Source: Candidatus Dormiibacterota bacterium (GTDB lineage Bacteria; Chloroflexota; Dormibacteria; Aeolococcales; Aeolococcaceae). From it: a stretch of 64,000 nucleotides of DNA. Positions 51,015 through 61,028 of this stretch are shown piece after piece; the stretch's first letter is position 1, and every line of letters starts with the position of its first letter. The notes beneath the pieces were generated by a model. It was given only the letters and a program-made list of their open reading frames with translations, was not told the origin of the DNA and made no database searches. The stretch is from assembly GCA_963718525.1 (NCBI GenBank), contig OY970355.1, positions 64,001 through 128,000 of the forward strand. The letters run 5' to 3'. A program made the translations under genes and the position numbers.

Positions 51015-53105
51015 TCACCCGATGGCGCGACGTATGAATTCGAGCGCGAGCAGCAGGAGATTCTCAGCGATCGTCTCGTCGCTCGCCATGTGCGTCGCGC
51101 CGCTGAGAGGAAGCACCGTGTGCTCGCGTCCCGCCGCAAGCAGTGCGCCGGAGAAGCGCAGTGTGTGAGCAACCACGACGTTGTCGTCACTGAGCCCGTG
51201 GATGAGCATGAGGGGGCGAGTCAGCCGGGCTGCGTCAGCAACCAGCGAGACCGCCGCATAGTTCGCCGGCTCGACATCGGGATGCCCCAGGTAGCGCTCC
51301 GTATAGTGCGTGTCGTAGAGGTGATCGTCGGTGACCGGAGCGCCCGCGACCGCCACATTGAAGACATCGGGCCGTCGCAGCACCGCCAGCGCGGCCAGAA
51401 AGCCGCCGAACGACCAGCCCCGGATCGCGACCCGAGCCAGGTCCAGATCCGGCCACTCCGCCGCCGCGGCAACCAGGCCGTCCACCTGGTCCTCGAGCAC
51501 TGGTGCCGCGTAGTCGCCGCGGATCGACCGAGCCCACTGCGGCCCGCCGCCCGGCGTGCCCCGCCCGTCGATCACGAGCACCGCAAACCCCTGGTCCGCG
51601 AACCACTGCGATTCCAGGTAGCCGCTCGCCGATGCGGTCACCTTCTGAGCTCCGGGACCGCCGTACGGATCGAGCAGCACCGGGAGCTTGCGGCTGCCGG
51701 GCTGGTGCCCGTTCGGCAGAACAAGCGCGGCGCGGAGGCCGCGATCACCGAGGGTCGCGAGGCGCACATTGACTCCGATCACCGGGGTCTCGGCGACGGA
51801 TTCGATCGTTCTGACATTGCGGCCATCGCGATGCACAGTCACTCGAACGCCGGGGTGGTCGAGATCCTGAGATGACAGCACGGTGGTGCCCCCCGACGTG
51901 CGAGCTCGCCACACACCCGGGGGGATGCCCTCCGGTTGAAACTGCGCGACGCCGTCCGCGCGTGACCACGTGTACACGCCCACCTCGGTGGGGATGCGCG
52001 AGGCCCTGAAGATGACCACGTCGCCGTCGACATCGAGAACGTCACGCACCTCGAGCTCCGGACTGGTGACCGGCTCGTCCCCGATGAGCAGTCGCTTCGC
52101 ACCGTCGCGGTCGGCGGTCCAGACCAGCGTCCCGTCGGGCAGCGTGGCGGGCACCCCGGTGACGATGTCGACCCACGCATCGTCGATGTCCTCGCGAACC
52201 ACCGACGTCGTGCCCGTCGACGTCTCCACCTCGAGGATCCGCATGGTGCGCTGGTCGCGGCTCTGCACCACAACCAGAAGACCATGCTCCGACCAGTCCA
52301 CCGTGGTGACGTACTCGAAGGCGACGCGATCCCAGTCCACCTCAACCGATCCCGAGCCGTCGACGGCGACGATGTGCAGCGTGACGTCCGCGTTGTCGGT
52401 CCCCGCCGCCGGATAGGCGACCGCGACCGGCGGGCGATCGGGATTGGCCGGATCCGCGATGAACCAGCGGCGAACTCGTGCGACGTCGACGCGGGCCGCG
52501 AGCACGCGAGACCCGTCGGGAGACCACCAGTACCCGCTCTGGCGCGACATCTCCTCAGCGGCAACAAACTCCGCGAGCCCATACGTGACGTCGTCGTTCT
52601 CCGGGCTCTTCAGCACGCGGGGTTCGTCGCCGTCGGTTCGCGACACATGGAGTGCGCCCGCTTCGACATACGCGATACGTGCGCCCGTCGGGTCGACGCG
52701 CGGGTCGATGGCCCGGCCGCTTGCCGCAAGTTCCGTCGCGGCGCCGGAGGCCACGTCCACCACGTAGATCCGTCCCGCGAGGTCGAATGCAACTCGGGTC
52801 ACGTCGCGGTTGGCGGAAAACCGCACGATCCCACCCGAGGATTCGCGCGCGCGCTCGCGACGCATCCGCTCCTCGGCGGGAACCTCGTCAACGTCGACCT
52901 GTGCCAGCGCGGCCGGGTCCACGATGAGGCGTTCCGTGCCGCTGTCCAGGTCGAACTGCCAGAGACACGTGGATGGATCCGTGCCGCTCCGCGTGCGCAG
53001 GAACAGCACACGCCGGCCATCCGGTGCGATGACGAAGTCTCGGGGCACGCCGAGGGCAAAGCGATGTGTCCGTGCCTGCTGTCGGGGAAAGCTCGTCTCG
53101 TTCAC
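51015..53105 (-). CDS. S9 family dipeptidyl peptidase IV-like peptidase
   Basis: YWWSPDG, YGGP, GWSFGG, HGLSDDNV, catalytic His in GATH. Confidence 0.93.
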   Translation of the reverse strand: MNETSFPRQQARTHRFALGVPRDFVIAPDGRRVLFLRTRSGTDPSTCLWQFDLDSGTERLIVDPAALAQVDVDEVPAEERMRRERARESSGGIVRFSANRDVTRVAFDLAGRIYVVDVASGAATELAASGRAIDPRVDPTGARIAYVEAGALHVSRTDGDEPRVLKSPENDDVTYGLAEFVAAEEMSRQSGYWWSPDGSRVLAARVDVARVRRWFIADPANPDRPPVAVAYPAAGTDNADVTLHIVAVDGSGSVEVDWDRVAFEYVTTVDWSEHGLLVVVQSRDQRTMRILEVETSTGTTSVVREDIDDAWVDIVTGVPATLPDGTLVWTADRDGAKRLLIGDEPVTSPELEVRDVLDVDGDVVIFRASRIPTEVGVYTWSRADGVAQFQPEGIPPGVWRARTSGGTTVLSSQDLDHPGVRVTVHRDGRNVRTIESVAETPVIGVNVRLATLGDRGLRAALVLPNGHQPGSRKLPVLLDPYGGPGAQKVTASASGYLESQWFADQGFAVLVIDGRGTPGGGPQWARSIRGDYAAPVLEDQVDGLVAAAAEWPDLDLARVAIRGWSFGGFLAALAVLRRPDVFNVAVAGAPVTDDHLYDTHYTERYLGHPDVEPANYAAVSLVADAARLTRPLMLIHGLSDDNVVVAHTLRFSGALLAAGREHTVLPLSGATHMASDETIAENLLLLALEFIRRAIG

Positions 53106-53156
53106 CCCGAAATGGTTGCGCAGTGGCTCGCCGGTTTGTCAGCCGCCCGGCGCGCC

Positions 53157-54143
53157 TCAGGGGATGGTCAGGACGAGGGCTCCCTGGACCTTTCCCTCTC
53201 GCAGCCGCGAGAGCGCCGTGTTCGCCTGGTCGAGCGGCAGCGTCTCAACCTGGGCGCGCACCGGAATCCGATGCGCGAGGGCCAGGAATTCACGGCCATC
53301 CTGACGGGTGAGATTGGCAATGGACCTCACCACGCGCTCTCCCCACAACAGGTCGTAGGAGAACGACGGAATGTCGCTCATGTGAATTCCCGCGCACACG
53401 ACGGTTCCACCCTTGCGAACAGCACCAAGGGCGAGCGGGACGAGCGCACCGACCGGCGCGAAGATGATCGCCGCATCGAGCTCCTCGGGCAGCGCCTGGT
53501 CCGTACCGCCCGCCCATTCGACACCGAGATGCCTCGCGAATTCCTGCGTGTCGCTGTCGCCCGGCCTGGTGATGGCGAAGACACGCCGTCCCTGGTAGCG
53601 GGCCACCTGAGCGATGATGTGCGCCGACGCGCCGAACCCATAGAGGCCAAGGCGCACGCCGTCTCCGGCTGCGTTGAGTGACCGGTAGCCGATGAGTTCC
53701 GCGCACAGGAGCGGCGCCGCATCGACCGGGCTGTACGAGCGGTCGACCGGGAAGCAGAACCGCGCGTCGGCAACCGCGTATTCGGCGTAGCCCCCATCGA
53801 TGTCGTAACCGGTGAAGCGCGCGCGGTCGCACAGATTCTCGCGTCCGGTCGTGCAGTACTCGCAGACCCCGTCGGTCCAGCCCAGCCAGGGGATGCCGAC
53901 ACGATCGCCGGCGCTCACGCTCTCCACGCCGGAGCCGCATTGCACGACGTCGCCGATGATCTGATGACCGGGAATGAGCGGTAGCTTGGGATGGGGCAGT
54001 TCCCCGTCGACGACATGCAGATCGGTCCGGCACAGAGCGCACGCGCCGATCTTCACGAGTACCTGTCCCTCGCCCGGCTCCGGTTCGGCAACAGTGGTCG
54101 CTCGCAAGGCGCGCCCGGGTGCATCGAGAACCATCGCCCGCAT
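53157..54143 (-). CDS. Zinc-dependent alcohol dehydrogenase family protein
   Basis: CRTDLH, PGHQIIG, CEYC...ENLC, YGFGASAH. Confidence 0.92.
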   Translation of the reverse strand: MRAMVLDAPGRALRATTVAEPEPGEGQVLVKIGACALCRTDLHVVDGELPHPKLPLIPGHQIIGDVVQCGSGVESVSAGDRVGIPWLGWTDGVCEYCTTGRENLCDRARFTGYDIDGGYAEYAVADARFCFPVDRSYSPVDAAPLLCAELIGYRSLNAAGDGVRLGLYGFGASAHIIAQVARYQGRRVFAITRPGDSDTQEFARHLGVEWAGGTDQALPEELDAAIIFAPVGALVPLALGAVRKGGTVVCAGIHMSDIPSFSYDLLWGERVVRSIANLTRQDGREFLALAHRIPVRAQVETLPLDQANTALSRLREGKVQGALVLTIP

Positions 54144-54244
54144 GACAACCATGGTAGTTCTCATGCCTCAGGCGGCAGACCGAGGTAACGGTTCAGCAAC
54201 CCGGCGCGTCCGGAAGGCCATGCCCACCGCAAACTCGATCTTCA

Positions 54245-55690
54245 ATGGCGGAAGTTGTCGAGCGGAGCCAGCTCAGCCTGCCCGCGCCCGAAGCCTCCTC
54301 GGAACGTCAGGGTGGGTACCGGCCGGACGCCCACGCCCGGGTGCTCGGAGTGCTCGTCCTGCGTGCCGGGGCGGCGGCCGCGGTGATCGCAGCCGTGATC
54401 ACCTTCGTGATCGCACCCATTCGGGGCACATTCGCAGGTGAGTTCGAGGACTTCGCCGCCTATCTGGCCGCGGCACGTTCTGTCGTGCACCACACCGACC
54501 TGTACTGGCAGTTCATTCACCAGCCGCCGAACGTCGCCCTGTCGGGGTTCGACTACCCGCCGGTTGTCGCATTCCTCGTGCAGCCGCTCGCGTGGATTCC
54601 AGCGAGTTCGGCGGCCACCCTCTGGCTGTGGCTGACCATCGCGTGCACCGCCGCCGCCGCGTGCATCGCAGCTTTCACCCTCCTGCCGCGTGGCTGGCCG
54701 CGCATCGAGATCGCGGCGCTCGTCACCTGTGTCTTCTCGGCGGCAACGTACAACTACTGGCACGGTCAGATGAACCCGGTGATCTTCCTGCTGCTTGCAC
54801 TCGCCGTCCACGCGTGGGTGCACGGCCACCAGACGCGCTTCGGTGTGCTGATCGGCATCGCCGCGTCGATCAAGCTCGCCCCGATTCTCCTGATCGTCCT
54901 GGTGATCCGACGCAGGTGGTGGCGTGCTGGAGCGGCATGTGCCGTCACCGTGGCCGTCGGCCTGGCGCTCGGCGTAATGACGCTTGGAGTCTCGACGCTG
55001 CGTGAGTACGTCACCCACGTGCTCCCCGTGCTGTCAGCCCAGGATGGGTGGCTGTACAACCAGTCGATCAGCGGCATCGTGAGCCGGCTCTTCGGGCACG
55101 CCGTGCTTGTCCCGCAGGCGGGATCGCTGCTGATCAGCATCATCACCTACGCGGTGCTGGCGGCGATGCTGGGGCTGCTCGTGTTCTCCGTATCGCCCGA
55201 GGTTCGCAACCGGCAGGTGAGCGGTGCGGAGTTCGCTGCGGGGACGCTGCTGATGCTCCTCGCCAGCACCATCACCTGGTACGCACATTACGTCAACGCG
55301 ATCATCGTCGTGTTCGCGGTTGTCGCGCTTGTTGTGCTGGGTAGGGAGTGGCGCCCTCGCGCGCTCGTCTGGTCGACCGTGGCGTTCGCTCTGGCCGTCG
55401 GGGTTGTCGCTCCCATCCTGATCGCCAACGTGACGTCGGCGGCGCAGCTGACCATGCTGAGTCACACGCCCTGGTGGTGGCTGCTCATGCAGGTGGCCTC
55501 GCTGCCTGCGCTGACGGCGACAGCACTCTTCGTGGCATTGACAGGGAGGTTGCGACGGAATGCGGCATCGGCCACCGCTCCGAGCGCCCAGACTGCATCC
55601 CCAACCGCGGGCGCGCTCCAAGCCCTGGCGAGATCATGGTTTCCGAGATCTTCACCTTTCCGCAAGGGTGCCCCGAGTAGTGTGCTCGGC
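54245..55690 (+). CDS. Glycosyltransferase family 87 (DUF2029); no stop before the next gene
   Basis: DFAAY, DYPP, HGQMN, SIKLAP, YNQS; frame runs on to 55978. Confidence 0.85.
55650..55683 (+). promoter_or_regulatory. Promoter motif CTTCACC-N5-GCAAGGG-N9-TAGTGT
   Basis: Second copy at 60431-60464 with identical spacing. Confidence 0.6.
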
Positions 55691-55978
55691 ATGGCGCGAC
55701 CATCCCAGTTGGATTACGCCCGCCTCCGAAGAGACCACGGCCTTGCCCGCGCGCGTCGGCTGACCGTCTACTCCGCGGTGGGGGCCACCGCGTTCACCGG
55801 CGTCTTCGCCCTGGTGGCCGCCACCAGCTTGCCGGGACATTCGGTGACCACGTCGCCCGCGGCACAGCCCGGGTCCACCGATAACGGCGGCACCACGCAA
55901 CCCGGACTCAGCCCGCCGGTCCAGCAACCTCAGTACGCATACGGCGGGGCACCGGTAGCGGTATCCGGCGGATCCTGA
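55691..55978 (+). CDS. Small membrane-anchored protein ending in VSGGS (putative flavinylation substrate)
   Basis: One TM helix, Pro/Thr/Gln linker, C-terminal SGGS; heads redox operon. Confidence 0.7.
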   Translation: MARPSQLDYARLRRDHGLARARRLTVYSAVGATAFTGVFALVAATSLPGHSVTTSPAAQPGSTDNGGTTQPGLSPPVQQPQYAYGGAPVAVSGGS

Positions 55979-55991
55979 CCGGACACGTCCG

Positions 55992-57011
55992 TTGCTAGCG
56001 GCCCTCGCCGGACCCACCCCGATGTGGTACGCGACGCGTGCCAGCGGGTACACCGCGCTGCTGCTGCTCAGCGCGAGTGTCGTGCTGGGAGTTCTGACGT
56101 CGTCTCGCGAGACCCGTCGCGACTGGCCTCGGTTCGTCGTCCAGTCGTTGCACCGCAACATCTCGCTGCTGGTCGGTGTGTTTCTGGTCATCCACATCCT
56201 GACGTCGGTGATCGACCCGTTCGCGAAGCTCAATCTCCTCGACGCGTTCATCCCCTTCGTGGCAACCTACCGGCCACTGTGGCTCGGCCTGGGTGTCGTC
56301 GGGTTCGAGTTGCTGATCGCGATCACGGCGACGAGCCTCATGCGCCATCGTCTCGGCTGGCGGTCGTGGCGGTTCGTCCATCTTTTCGCGTATGCCAGCT
56401 GGCCGGTTGCCGTCGTGCATGGACTCGGCACCGGGACTGATACGAAGTCGCTCTGGGCGCTGCTGCTCGTCGCCGTGTGCGTCGTTGCGGTGGTTGGGGC
56501 GGTCACGTGGCGGCTCGCCAACGCAGGTCGGAGATACATCGCCCTCCAAGTCGTGGGCATCGCTGGCAGCGTGGCCGCGACCGGCGTGCTCGTCGCGTGG
56601 ATGGCCGTCGGTCCGCTGCAGCATGGGTGGGCCAAGGCAGCAGGCACGCCGGCGGATCTGCTGGCGGGGCCGGGAGGCACGCCCACAGCCACGTCGCCCC
56701 CTGCCGCCGCGCTCACCGCGGGACTGAACGACCCGCTCGCCGGCACCCTCGTGCGCTCGACAACCAATGCAACCGCAACGCTCACCGATACCCGCGATCG
56801 CACGCTGATGGTCCTGATCGTCGCCAACGCTGATGGCACCGGAACGCTGACCGTCACCAGGTCCGGGGTGGAGGTGTGCCGGGGTGCCGCGACGATCGGC
56901 AACACCGCTGTCACCGCACCCTGTGGCTCGGTGATCGCCACCGTCCAGGTCGTCGACCAGGGCAACGGCGCAATCTCCGGGACGCTCACGACCCAGAAGG
57001 CGACCGCGTGA
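55992..57011 (+). CDS. Ferric reductase-like (MsrQ-like) transmembrane heme protein
   Basis: WYATRASG, LHRNISL...IH, WRFVH...VVHGLGTGTD. Confidence 0.88.
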   Translation: MLAALAGPTPMWYATRASGYTALLLLSASVVLGVLTSSRETRRDWPRFVVQSLHRNISLLVGVFLVIHILTSVIDPFAKLNLLDAFIPFVATYRPLWLGLGVVGFELLIAITATSLMRHRLGWRSWRFVHLFAYASWPVAVVHGLGTGTDTKSLWALLLVAVCVVAVVGAVTWRLANAGRRYIALQVVGIAGSVAATGVLVAWMAVGPLQHGWAKAAGTPADLLAGPGGTPTATSPPAAALTAGLNDPLAGTLVRSTTNATATLTDTRDRTLMVLIVANADGTGTLTVTRSGVEVCRGAATIGNTAVTAPCGSVIATVQVVDQGNGAISGTLTTQKATA

Positions 57012-58297
57012 CCGCTCCCACCGACGCCGCTGACACAGCGCAGCGCCTCCTCCCTCCTCGTCCCGTGCCGGAAGACCTCGACGCCCACCTGGCTGCCTTC
57101 GGCCCCCGGCCGCGTGTCGACCCGATCGCCATGATCGACGCGCTCGATGAGAGCGGACTTCGCGGACGCGGCGGCGCCGACTTTCCGACCGGCGTGAAGT
57201 GGGGCGCGGTGAAGGAGCACGTAGCCGCCCGGGGCGGCGACGCGGTCGTGGTGGCGAACGCCGCCGAGTGCGAGCCCGCGAGCTTCAAGGACCGGTTCCT
57301 GCTGACCCACCGGCCTCACCTCGTCCTCGACGGCCTCGAGCACGCTGCCGAAGCCGTCGGCGCTCGAAGGGTGGTCATCTTCACGACGCGCGCACACGGC
57401 GACGTCGAAGCCGGCCTCCGCGCAGCAATCACGGAGCGGAGACGTCGCGATGGGAACGAGACGTTCATCGAGGTCCAGGTCGGGCCGAACCGATACGTCG
57501 CGGGTGAGGAGACCGCGCTGATCTCGCGTATCTCCGGGCATCTCGCCAAACCGAAGGTTGTTCCTCCACGCCCGTTTCAGAGCGGGGTCGATCGCCTGCC
57601 CACGCTCGTTCAGAACGTCGAGACCCTCGCTCATGCGGCGCTCGTCGCCCGATTGGGTGCTTCGTGGTTTCGGTCTGCGGGCACCCGACGGTCGCCCGGG
57701 ACGGCACTTCTGACCGTCAGCGGCGCGGTGCATACGCCGGGCGTGGTCGAGGTGGCCTGCGATTCGACCGTTGGAGAGATCGTCGATCGCGCGGGCGGCG
57801 CCGACAGCGAGCCCGCAGCGGTGTTGCTCGGCGGGTACTTCGGCCGGTGGGTCGCTGCAGACCGGCTCTGGAATCAGACGATCGACGCCGATTCGCTGCG
57901 ATCGGTTGGTGCCACGCTCGGCGCCGGGGTGCTCGTCGTCGCCCCGGCCACGACCTGTGGGATCAGCGAGACCGATCGTGTCCTGACCTTTCTCGCCGGC
58001 CAGAGCGCTGGACAGTGCGGCCCATGTCACGTCGGCCTGCCCGCGGTCGCCGACACCTTCCACAAGGTCGCCACCGGCCGAGCACGCCCGGCTGCGCTCG
58101 ACCTGCTCGTGCGTTGGTCGCACGACATTCGGGGCCGAGGCGCCTGCAGGCATCCCGACGGAGCGATGCTCTTTCTCGCCAGCGCGATGGACGTCTTTGC
58201 CGCCGATCTCCGGCATCACCTCAGGCACGGAGCCTGCCGGTTCTCGGGCCAGCCCGCGTCGCTGCCCGTGCCCCCGACCGAGGCGGGCTGGTGGTGA
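57008..58297 (+). CDS. NuoF-like NADH/FMN-binding Fe-S protein
   Basis: SGLRGRGGADFP, NAAECEPASFKD, YVAGEETAL, QNVETL, SAGQCGPC...C. Confidence 0.9.
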   Translation: MTAPTDAADTAQRLLPPRPVPEDLDAHLAAFGPRPRVDPIAMIDALDESGLRGRGGADFPTGVKWGAVKEHVAARGGDAVVVANAAECEPASFKDRFLLTHRPHLVLDGLEHAAEAVGARRVVIFTTRAHGDVEAGLRAAITERRRRDGNETFIEVQVGPNRYVAGEETALISRISGHLAKPKVVPPRPFQSGVDRLPTLVQNVETLAHAALVARLGASWFRSAGTRRSPGTALLTVSGAVHTPGVVEVACDSTVGEIVDRAGGADSEPAAVLLGGYFGRWVAADRLWNQTIDADSLRSVGATLGAGVLVVAPATTCGISETDRVLTFLAGQSAGQCGPCHVGLPAVADTFHKVATGRARPAALDLLVRWSHDIRGRGACRHPDGAMLFLASAMDVFAADLRHHLRHGACRFSGQPASLPVPPTEAGWW

Positions 58298-58533
58298 GAG
58301 TTCGTCTGCGCGTGGATCCGATCAAATGCAAGGCACACGGCATGTGCGGCGAGCTGCTTCCGGAGCGCATCCGCATGGATGACTGGGGCTACCCGGTGAT
58401 CGACCAGCGCGTGCTCCCCGACGACCTCCTCGACCTCGCCCGTCGTGCGGTCGCCGACTGCCCTCGCACGGCTCTACGGCTCGACCCTCTCGACGATCCG
58501 GGTGCGCGAGAGCGGCCAGACGACCCCGACTGA
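58291..58533 (+). CDS. Ferredoxin ([3Fe-4S]-type)
   Basis: CKAHGMC...DDWGYP...CP. Confidence 0.88.
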   Translation: MVRVRLRVDPIKCKAHGMCGELLPERIRMDDWGYPVIDQRVLPDDLLDLARRAVADCPRTALRLDPLDDPGARERPDDPD

Positions 58534-59694
58534 GGTTCCCCCGCCCGGAACGTCGTCGATGTGCCAGTGGCCCTTCGTCGCTTCCACGACGGCGTTGCCG
58601 ATGGCGAGGCCGAGCCCGGCTCCGTCACCCTCGCTGGTGCCACGGCGAAACCGCTCGAAGATCCGCTCCCGCCGCTCTGCGGGAATGCCTGGACCCGTGT
58701 CGCTCACCGTCAGGCGCACGTGGTCACGCTCGGTCACCGCTGCGATCGTCACCGTCCCTCCGGCACGCGTGTATCTGCACGCGTTGTCGAGGAGCACACC
58801 GATCAGGCGATCGATCCAGTCCGCAGGTGCATCCACGAGGGCGAGCCTGGCTCCGTCGCTTCGATTCTCGAGGTGGAGTCGAGCGTGTTCCGCGATGGGA
58901 ACGAACCGTTGCACGCCCACCTCGGCGGCGGTGGTGAGATCCACGGGCTCGGTCATCGGCTCCGGGGGAAAGGCGTCGAAGCGCGCGAGCCAGAGGAGAT
59001 CGTCGACGATCATCCGCATCCGATGGGTCTCATCCGCTACCCGGCGGAGCGTCGCGTCGTCACCGCCATTGCTTTCGAGATTCGCGAGCGCGAGCGTTGT
59101 CTCCGCCTCGATCACGGCCAGCGGCGTGCGAAGTTCGTGCGAAGCGTCGGCGGTGAATTCGAGCTGGCGCAGGCGCGCTCGTTCGCTCGGTCCGGCGCTC
59201 TGCCGCCCGACCACGAGCGCACCGGCGAACACGAGGATGAGCAGGACCGGGGTCACGACGGCCTCGGTGATGAGGAGTGCTGTGAGCGCGTGCGCTTCGT
59301 TGCCGAGACTGACGGCGCCGATGAGCCTGCCGTTTGGAATCGCCGCACCTGCGACCAGAACGTCAGCGCCCGCAATGTGCGTCTCCGTTGGCGACGACGC
59401 GCTGAACGCGCTCTTGGGGAGCGATGGGGCACCCGCCGAGGCCGCAAGAACATCACCCGACGTGCTGAGCCGCCAGACGAGCACGGGGTCGTCGACATCC
59501 GGCTCGTCGAGATGAGGGATCGGTTCCTGAGCAAGATGCGCGAGCTCGGCGGTGAGCCGGGACGTGGCGGTCGATCGCAGCGTCTGCGCCACGATCACAT
59601 CGATCGCCACGCAGAGCGCCAGGGTCAATCCGGCGACGACCGCGGTGGTGATGAGCGCGATCCGCAATGCACGGCCGGACAGCAGCGTTGTCAC
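58474..59694 (-). CDS. Two-component sensor histidine kinase
   Basis: Two TM helices, DASHELRTPL, LLDNACRY, DTGPGI, GAGLGL. Confidence 0.93.
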   Translation of the reverse strand: MTTLLSGRALRIALITTAVVAGLTLALCVAIDVIVAQTLRSTATSRLTAELAHLAQEPIPHLDEPDVDDPVLVWRLSTSGDVLAASAGAPSLPKSAFSASSPTETHIAGADVLVAGAAIPNGRLIGAVSLGNEAHALTALLITEAVVTPVLLILVFAGALVVGRQSAGPSERARLRQLEFTADASHELRTPLAVIEAETTLALANLESNGGDDATLRRVADETHRMRMIVDDLLWLARFDAFPPEPMTEPVDLTTAAEVGVQRFVPIAEHARLHLENRSDGARLALVDAPADWIDRLIGVLLDNACRYTRAGGTVTIAAVTERDHVRLTVSDTGPGIPAERRERIFERFRRGTSEGDGAGLGLAIGNAVVEATKGHWHIDDVPGGGTSVGVVWPLSRTRIVERVEP

Positions 59695-60365
59695 GAGGAC
59701 CGCTCCACGAGCCGGTAGCCGACGCTTCGCACTGCTTCCACCCTGACCCCCGCGCCGGCCAGCTTCGCCCGCAACCGCGTCACGTGCACGTCAATGTTGT
59801 TGGATGCAATGGGGTTGAGCGCGTCCGACCACGCATGGTGTGCGATGGCGTCGCGGCTCACCACTGCCGGGCTTCGGCGCACGAGCAGCTCGACGATCGC
59901 GTACTCGGTCGGCGTGAGCGCCACCGGCGTGCCGCTCACCCACGCGGCTCGCGTCGCCGGGTCGATGGTGAGCCCGGCGGCGCGGAGGCGCACGCCAAGC
60001 GTGGCCGGCGGGCGGCGCATCAGGGCTCGGAGCCGGGCGAGCAGTTCCTGGAAGTCGAACGGCTTGACCAGGTAGTCATCACACCCGGCGTCGAGACCGC
60101 GTATACGGTCTGACGGCGTGTCGCGAGCGGTGAGCATGAGCACCGGAGTGGCGAGGTTGCGTGCGCGGATCGCGGTCACCACGTCGATGCCATCCATCAC
60201 CGGCATGCGCCAGTCGACGACAGCCGCCACGTACTGATGCAGCAGGATCAGGTCCAGTGCCTCATCGCCTCGAGCGGCGATGTCGACCGTGTAGCCGGCG
60301 GAGCGCAACCCGCGCTCGAGGACGTCGCGCAGCTTCGCGTCGTCTTCAGCGACGAGGACGCGCAT
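59691..60365 (-). CDS. OmpR family response regulator
   Basis: VAEDD, DWRMPVMDG, LTARD, KPF, VRSVGY. Confidence 0.94.
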   Translation of the reverse strand: MRVLVAEDDAKLRDVLERGLRSAGYTVDIAARGDEALDLILLHQYVAAVVDWRMPVMDGIDVVTAIRARNLATPVLMLTARDTPSDRIRGLDAGCDDYLVKPFDFQELLARLRALMRRPPATLGVRLRAAGLTIDPATRAAWVSGTPVALTPTEYAIVELLVRRSPAVVSRDAIAHHAWSDALNPIASNNIDVHVTRLRAKLAGAGVRVEAVRSVGYRLVERSS

Positions 60366-60430
60366 CGAGGAGTGTTGTCGAGGACGGGCGAGACCGGTAC
60401 ACGCGCGTTGAGCGTACTCCGAGACTGCGC

Positions 60431-60464
60431 CTTCACCGTTTTGCAAGGGAACGCGCGATACGCT
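60431..60464 (+). promoter_or_regulatory. Promoter motif CTTCACC-N5-GCAAGGG-N9-TACGCT
   Basis: Matches 55650-55683; 6 nt upstream of in-frame GTG 60471. Confidence 0.6.
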
Positions 60465-60470
60465 GCCGGG

Positions 60471-61028
60471 GTGAGGGCGAAGCATCCATTGATCAATCGA
60501 ACCCTGGCATTCGCGCGTGTGGATTGGGCGCCGTCGCACCGCCAGCCGACCATCGCGCGGCTGGCAGTCGCGACCATGATCGCCGTCGCCGGCTCGCTGG
60601 CCGCTGACGCGCTGCTGGTCGCGATCGGCACGCACGTCCTCCCGACCACCGCCGGGTATGGACACTTCCGGTTCAACGACTACGCCAAGCTCACGATCAT
60701 CGGCGTGCTGGTCGGCGCCGCGGGGTGGCCGGTGGTGACCCACATCAGTTCCGCGCCGCGATGGCTCTACGGCTGGCTGACCATCCTGATCAGTCTCGCG
60801 CTCTTCCTTCCTGATGCATGGCTGCTGGTCCGCGGTCAGCCACCGAGGGCGGTCGCCGTGTTGATGGCGATGCACGTTGCGATCGCGGTGGTCATCTATT
60901 GCGCGATGGTGTTTGTCGCGCCGATCCGCACACTCCGCAGCCGGACGGATCGAGCTATCCCAATGCCGGCCGAGCCGTCAGCAGACCGAGCGACGACGTC
61001 TCCAGCCGGCCGGCCTGCCTCGCGCTGA
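60471..61028 (+). CDS. Small membrane protein (DUF6069-like)
   Basis: About four TM helices, LFLPD, LMAMH. Confidence 0.7.
   Translation: MRAKHPLINRTLAFARVDWAPSHRQPTIARLAVATMIAVAGSLAADALLVAIGTHVLPTTAGYGHFRFNDYAKLTIIGVLVGAAGWPVVTHISSAPRWLYGWLTILISLALFLPDAWLLVRGQPPRAVAVLMAMHVAIAVVIYCAMVFVAPIRTLRSRTDRAIPMPAEPSADRATTSPAGRPASR

Noticed and set aside
57008-58297. Complex I nuoF
   Set aside because: No other nuo genes; context indicates a standalone NuoF-like module
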